Positions 60,234-64,000 of a stretch of 64,000 nucleotides of DNA are shown here, one piece after another (the first letter of the stretch is position 1; each line of letters opens with the position of its first letter). The stretch is from contig JAKMXF010000321.1 in assembly GCA_024704765.1 (NCBI GenBank), positions 1,137,006-1,201,005 of the forward strand, given 5' to 3'. Under the pieces are notes generated by a model. That model was given only the letters and a program-made list of their open reading frames with translations, made no database searches and was not told where the DNA came from. Source of the stretch: Oopsacas minuta (taxonomy: Eukaryota; Animalia; Porifera). Both the position numbers and the translations under genes were made by a program.

Positions 60234-61329
60234 TATGGTGAGGTCACACACACCTCGCCACAGCCTTTGCTTGATAGAATTGCCCTGATAAGTGAGTGGA
60301 AATTTTTTAAGAGAGTGATGCTTCAGGAGAAGAAGGAACTTATGAAAAATCATTCACCAGTACAAGAATTTCCAAGAATTATTACAAACAATTGAAAAAA
60401 TCTAATGTACACTCCGGTATTTTTTCGGGGGTATTCAATCTAATTAACATCTTATTAACTCTTCCGGTTGGTACTGCTACAGCTGAAAGATCTTTTAGTC
60501 AAAGAATTGATCAAAAGTAGATTACGCAACCGTATTTCGGATTCGAGTTTGCCCGATTAATGAGGATTGCAATTGAAGGACCAAACTTGGTTGATGTTGA
60601 TTTCGATGCTATTTTAGATATCTTTCGGAAACAGAACCGGTATATTATATTAAACATTTACAACATTTATACTGTACTACCAATTTATACTAACTCATTA
60701 CTAATTAAGAAACTCTATTTCATATAGAGAGGGAAGTGTTTTGGTTAATAATGGAAATTTAGGGGGAAGAAATCCTTGTTTCCCAGGCCCCCTGTATGAA
60801 ACCCTGCATTTGGTCAAAATCATGACGTCAGGACATTTGGTACACGAAGGTCCTTTGATTCAAATTTTAAATTTCTATTAATAATTTCTAATGGCTGAAC
60901 AGTTTGTAATGTGATTTTATGAAATCAAAAAGGTTACACATTACGTCATAATTTCACCATGTGTGATTTTTCTCCAAGACTCGAACTTGCCCGAGCGAGT
61001 CAAAAATTAATCCATAGCCAACAATCAGCCCTGGGGGCCTTTTCTTTAATCAATTCTGGACATGCAAACATATAGTCCAACTTCTATAAGTGGAGCAATT
61101 TCACCTATACTGCCGATGTGTTACGTTCCTAACGAAAAGGAACACTGAAATTTTCCACTTCGTTTAATCATCCGTGAGCTTGAAAACACTGCTAAATTTC
61201 GGCTGTCGTCAACATGTCATTAACATGAAAATAATGCGGTTATCAGCTTCCCTTGGATTGAAATAAGTGTTCAACATTCTACAAAACTTCCGTTTTGGAT
61301 CATCAAACACATGTTCATATTAATGAATG

Positions 61330-62560
61330 GTGCCTCCCAAGTAAATTTTTTGAGGATTTTTAACTTTGAGAAATAATTTGTTTCTTGTGATGGCAAGAAA
61401 GAATCCATGGATCTTGGAAGTTTCTCATTTCCGGACTCAGCAATCATTTCTAGCTGTCCAATTGTCCAAACATTCAGAATTCTTCATACTTAGTTCAAGG
61501 TACTGATCGAAAGTAACGTCGATTCTGGTTGCATTTGCTATCATCGCCATCTTCCTTATATTAACCATAAATATAAAGCAAATTGGCTACAATAACTGGA
61601 AGGCAGCTATGGAAAGGATGGGGAGTTGAAAGACCACGAGAACGGTAACCTTCACGTTTCTGCTATGGCGAAGTGGGAGGGATGGAAGAAAGCGCAGCAG
61701 GATGGGAACACCAGACAGAAACTGGATCTCATTAATAGACAGGATTTTACGTCCAGCCGCCACTATCTGCAGTCGGTGTCCTAGGCGATCTTGTTGTGTG
61801 CAGTACAAAACAGCGTGCTTCGTGGTCATCGTGAGGGGGGTGTTGTGGCCGAAGAATATAATTTTTCAAGTATCTGGTATAACTGCTGTCCTCAGAACCT
61901 TGAGAACTTCCTAGAGATCCTGCACGTCATCTCCGCGTACGATCCGGTAGTCGAAAACCTCTCGCCTAAACATTCCTACTCATATTCAGCGTCATCGGCG
62001 CAGGTGCCGTGAAGAGGTTGATAACAGAGTAGGGACAAATAAGGAGAGACTAATAGACCATTGGTTTCAAAACTTTTAACTGAACTTAACCAGTGGTTCT
62101 CTGATGCGTCTAACAAAATCCTCACGTCAATGGCCAGCCTCTTCCCATCCAGCGAGAAGTTCTTGGATAGATGTGCTTGGTGGCCTTCTCTGATTTCTAT
62201 GGTGTCAGGAATACCATCGGACCCGAGATTGAGGTCCTCAAGACCCAGCTTCAGGAGCAATGCGAAGTTATGGTACAGGAAAATGATTCCCCGTTGGGTT
62301 TACTAGATATGTTACAGTTCTTGAGACCATATTGCGAAGCTTATCGTCGTAACTCTGCATGCCACATCTGCTACAAACAAGCGGTCCTTCAGTTGCCTCA
62401 AGTTTATCAAAACGTATATCCGTTTCACTATGGTGGGTGGAATCTTGGCGACCTAGGGTGTCTTTACTTGAACAGGGAGATGGCTGTTAGACTCAACATG
62501 GCCTAATAGATCGACCCGTAAGGCCAAAGGTCGAAGGATTGAATTATAATGTGTGATTAG
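61330..62560 (+). pseudogene. Internally deleted hAT (DUF4371/ZMYM1-like) transposase remnant
   Basis: LKDHENGNLHVSAMAKW, LRGHRE..ENFLEILHVISAYDP, then C-terminal-like LNQWFSD..LFPSSEKFLD. Boundaries approximate. Confidence 0.65.
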
Positions 62561-63541
62561 ATAATAGACACTACATATAAAAGAAGTTAAAAAAAATGTG
62601 TTGAAAAGATTGTCGAAATAACAGAGTCGTAATAATATTGGGTTTTTCAGAAATATAAACGTACAAGTATATATATTATGGGCAGTATGAGAAATTGGGC
62701 AATATGCAAAATGCTACTTTCTTAGTCAATATACATATTGCCTGGGTATTATGCATAATGCCCAATTTCTCACACTGCCGATAACATATACACTAATGCT
62801 ATCAAAGGGCTATGTTTATACTTCTGGATATCAAAATTGGGTTGAATTATAAATCATTCCACAATCAGTTAATCGCCAGGAAATAATTAATTTTAACCGC
62901 ATACTAAAATCGGTTAACACAACCCCATCCCCGCAATACTGTTGAATTTTTAGAGAATTGCTCTGATTTCACCTACTTATTTGAAATTTGTGTTATGTCG
63001 CCAACTCACAAACAGTTATACTTATTATCAAGTAATAAATTTGCTATTCTGTAGGATAGCAAGCATTAGTCATAAGAATTTATCCCCACAGCAACAGGAA
63101 ACAAGTTAAGAGGTCCTGAACAACACACAGGGGTATCAAAGGGCTAGTTCATTATCACCTGCCACGCATTTTCAGAAAGAACAGAGCTACTGTCGAAATA
63201 GTAACAAGATGTACACAATCTCCATTAATGCAATATAATTAACTAATTCGATAAAATACGTATCTATTCAAACATGCAACAACTAGCTATCACGTCCAAA
63301 GACCCAATCAAACAACGAGAGGGTAGCCAAGTACGCGGACTATATCAGAAAATCCTAACCTTGCAGTATTGTTATTTACTAGTGATTTTCTGTCAATCAG
63401 AAACATAAATAGAAGATGAGAAACCACACATTCGTTAATTTATAGCAAATGTCAATTGATGAAAAGAGTAAGCAAATTGACTCTAATTTCGATAGTAGGC
63501 GAAATGTGAATTTTCGAATTCACCCTAGTCAGCCCCAATTC

Positions 63542-64000
63542 CTAAAATACCATTATCGCTAAACAACAATACAACCCTACTTTCAATAAAAAATAAATCA
63601 ATAAATACAACCAAAACTCTATTGTTACATAAATTCCCACTTTCCTGTAATAAATAATAGCAATAATTCTCATCAAACACAAACAAGATAATTGTCCAGA
63701 ATTATACACATCTAAGAAATTCTTAATCATTGTGTTGACTTCTTTGGGCATGTCTTGCTGCACGAAATGACTGCACTGGAGATATTCAAATTTATAGTAT
63801 TCTGGTACAGTGGTACACTCATCTGCTAATTCTGGGGTCAATACATCATCGAATGCAGACCATAGAACTAGAGTTTTGTTTGTAATCTTAGCTCTGTTAA
63901 CAATGTAATTATCCAATTTATTGAATAGATAATTATTAAAAATGGGAGTTAACGCGTTCGCCTGCTTGAATATAGTTAAATGAGCACCCATATCTTCTTT
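63542..64000 (-). CDS. EPHX4-like: Alpha/beta-hydrolase, epoxide hydrolase EPHX3/4-like, 3' part (5' end beyond the window)
   Basis: EDMGAHLTIFKQANALT, KTLVLWSAFDDVL (acid position), CSHFVQQDMPKEVNTMIKNFL (catalytic His motif); the frame is open to the window end. Confidence 0.75.
   Translation of the reverse strand, partial: KEDMGAHLTIFKQANALTPIFNNYLFNKLDNYIVNRAKITNKTLVLWSAFDDVLTPELADECTTVPEYYKFEYLQCSHFVQQDMPKEVNTMIKNFLDVYNSGQLSCLCLMRIIAIIYYRKVGIYVTIEFWLYLLIYFLLKVGLYCCLAIMVF

Larger units (their letters stand above)
57830..60806 (+). mobile_element. Degraded hAT transposon split by the DD37E insertion
   Basis: IIVDECED, YDGAATFSGHRSGV, HCSCHKLQLAS and KPTDARWLSH before 58890; LLTLPVGTATAERSFSQ..LMRIAIEGP after 60234; right terminus ...CTGTATGAAACCCTG at 60806. 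Left terminus not found. Confidence 0.75.

Overview
AT-rich (roughly one-third GC, estimated by eye) eukaryotic genomic DNA with GT-AG introns and metazoan gene families. The mix of families resembles what I remember of sponge genomes, especially glass sponge, but that is an untested inference. Five host protein genes can be modelled: (1) an intronless stand-alone NHL/beta-propeller protein with an N-myristoylation motif (3433-4371, -); (2) a 3-exon, 308-aa WSCD-family sulfotransferase with no WSC domain (8513-16691, +); (3) a 7-exon, ~1175-1200-aa ankyrin-repeat TRPA-like channel (23787-41687, +); (4) a 97-aa small-Maf-like bZIP lacking both invariant DNA-contacting residues (44645-44938, -); (5) the 3' part of an EPHX3/4-like hydrolase (63542-64000, -, runs off the window). 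There is also a decayed TRAF-like pseudogene (54598-~56450, +). Most remaining sequence is transposon-derived: three full-length Tc1/mariner elements with DD37D, DD34D and DD37E triads; Chapaev/CMC, hAT, MULE, THAP/P-type and LINE remnants; Helentron-associated (HINE-like) repeats; and many MITEs. The most striking structure is a family of fold-back elements with CATRG-type termini and 7-bp target-site duplications (P/Galileo-like). One copy is a perfect 494-bp inverted repeat nested in a hAT element inside TRP intron 5. No rRNA, credible tRNA or CRISPR array was seen. All calls come from manual reading and translation; no searches were run.
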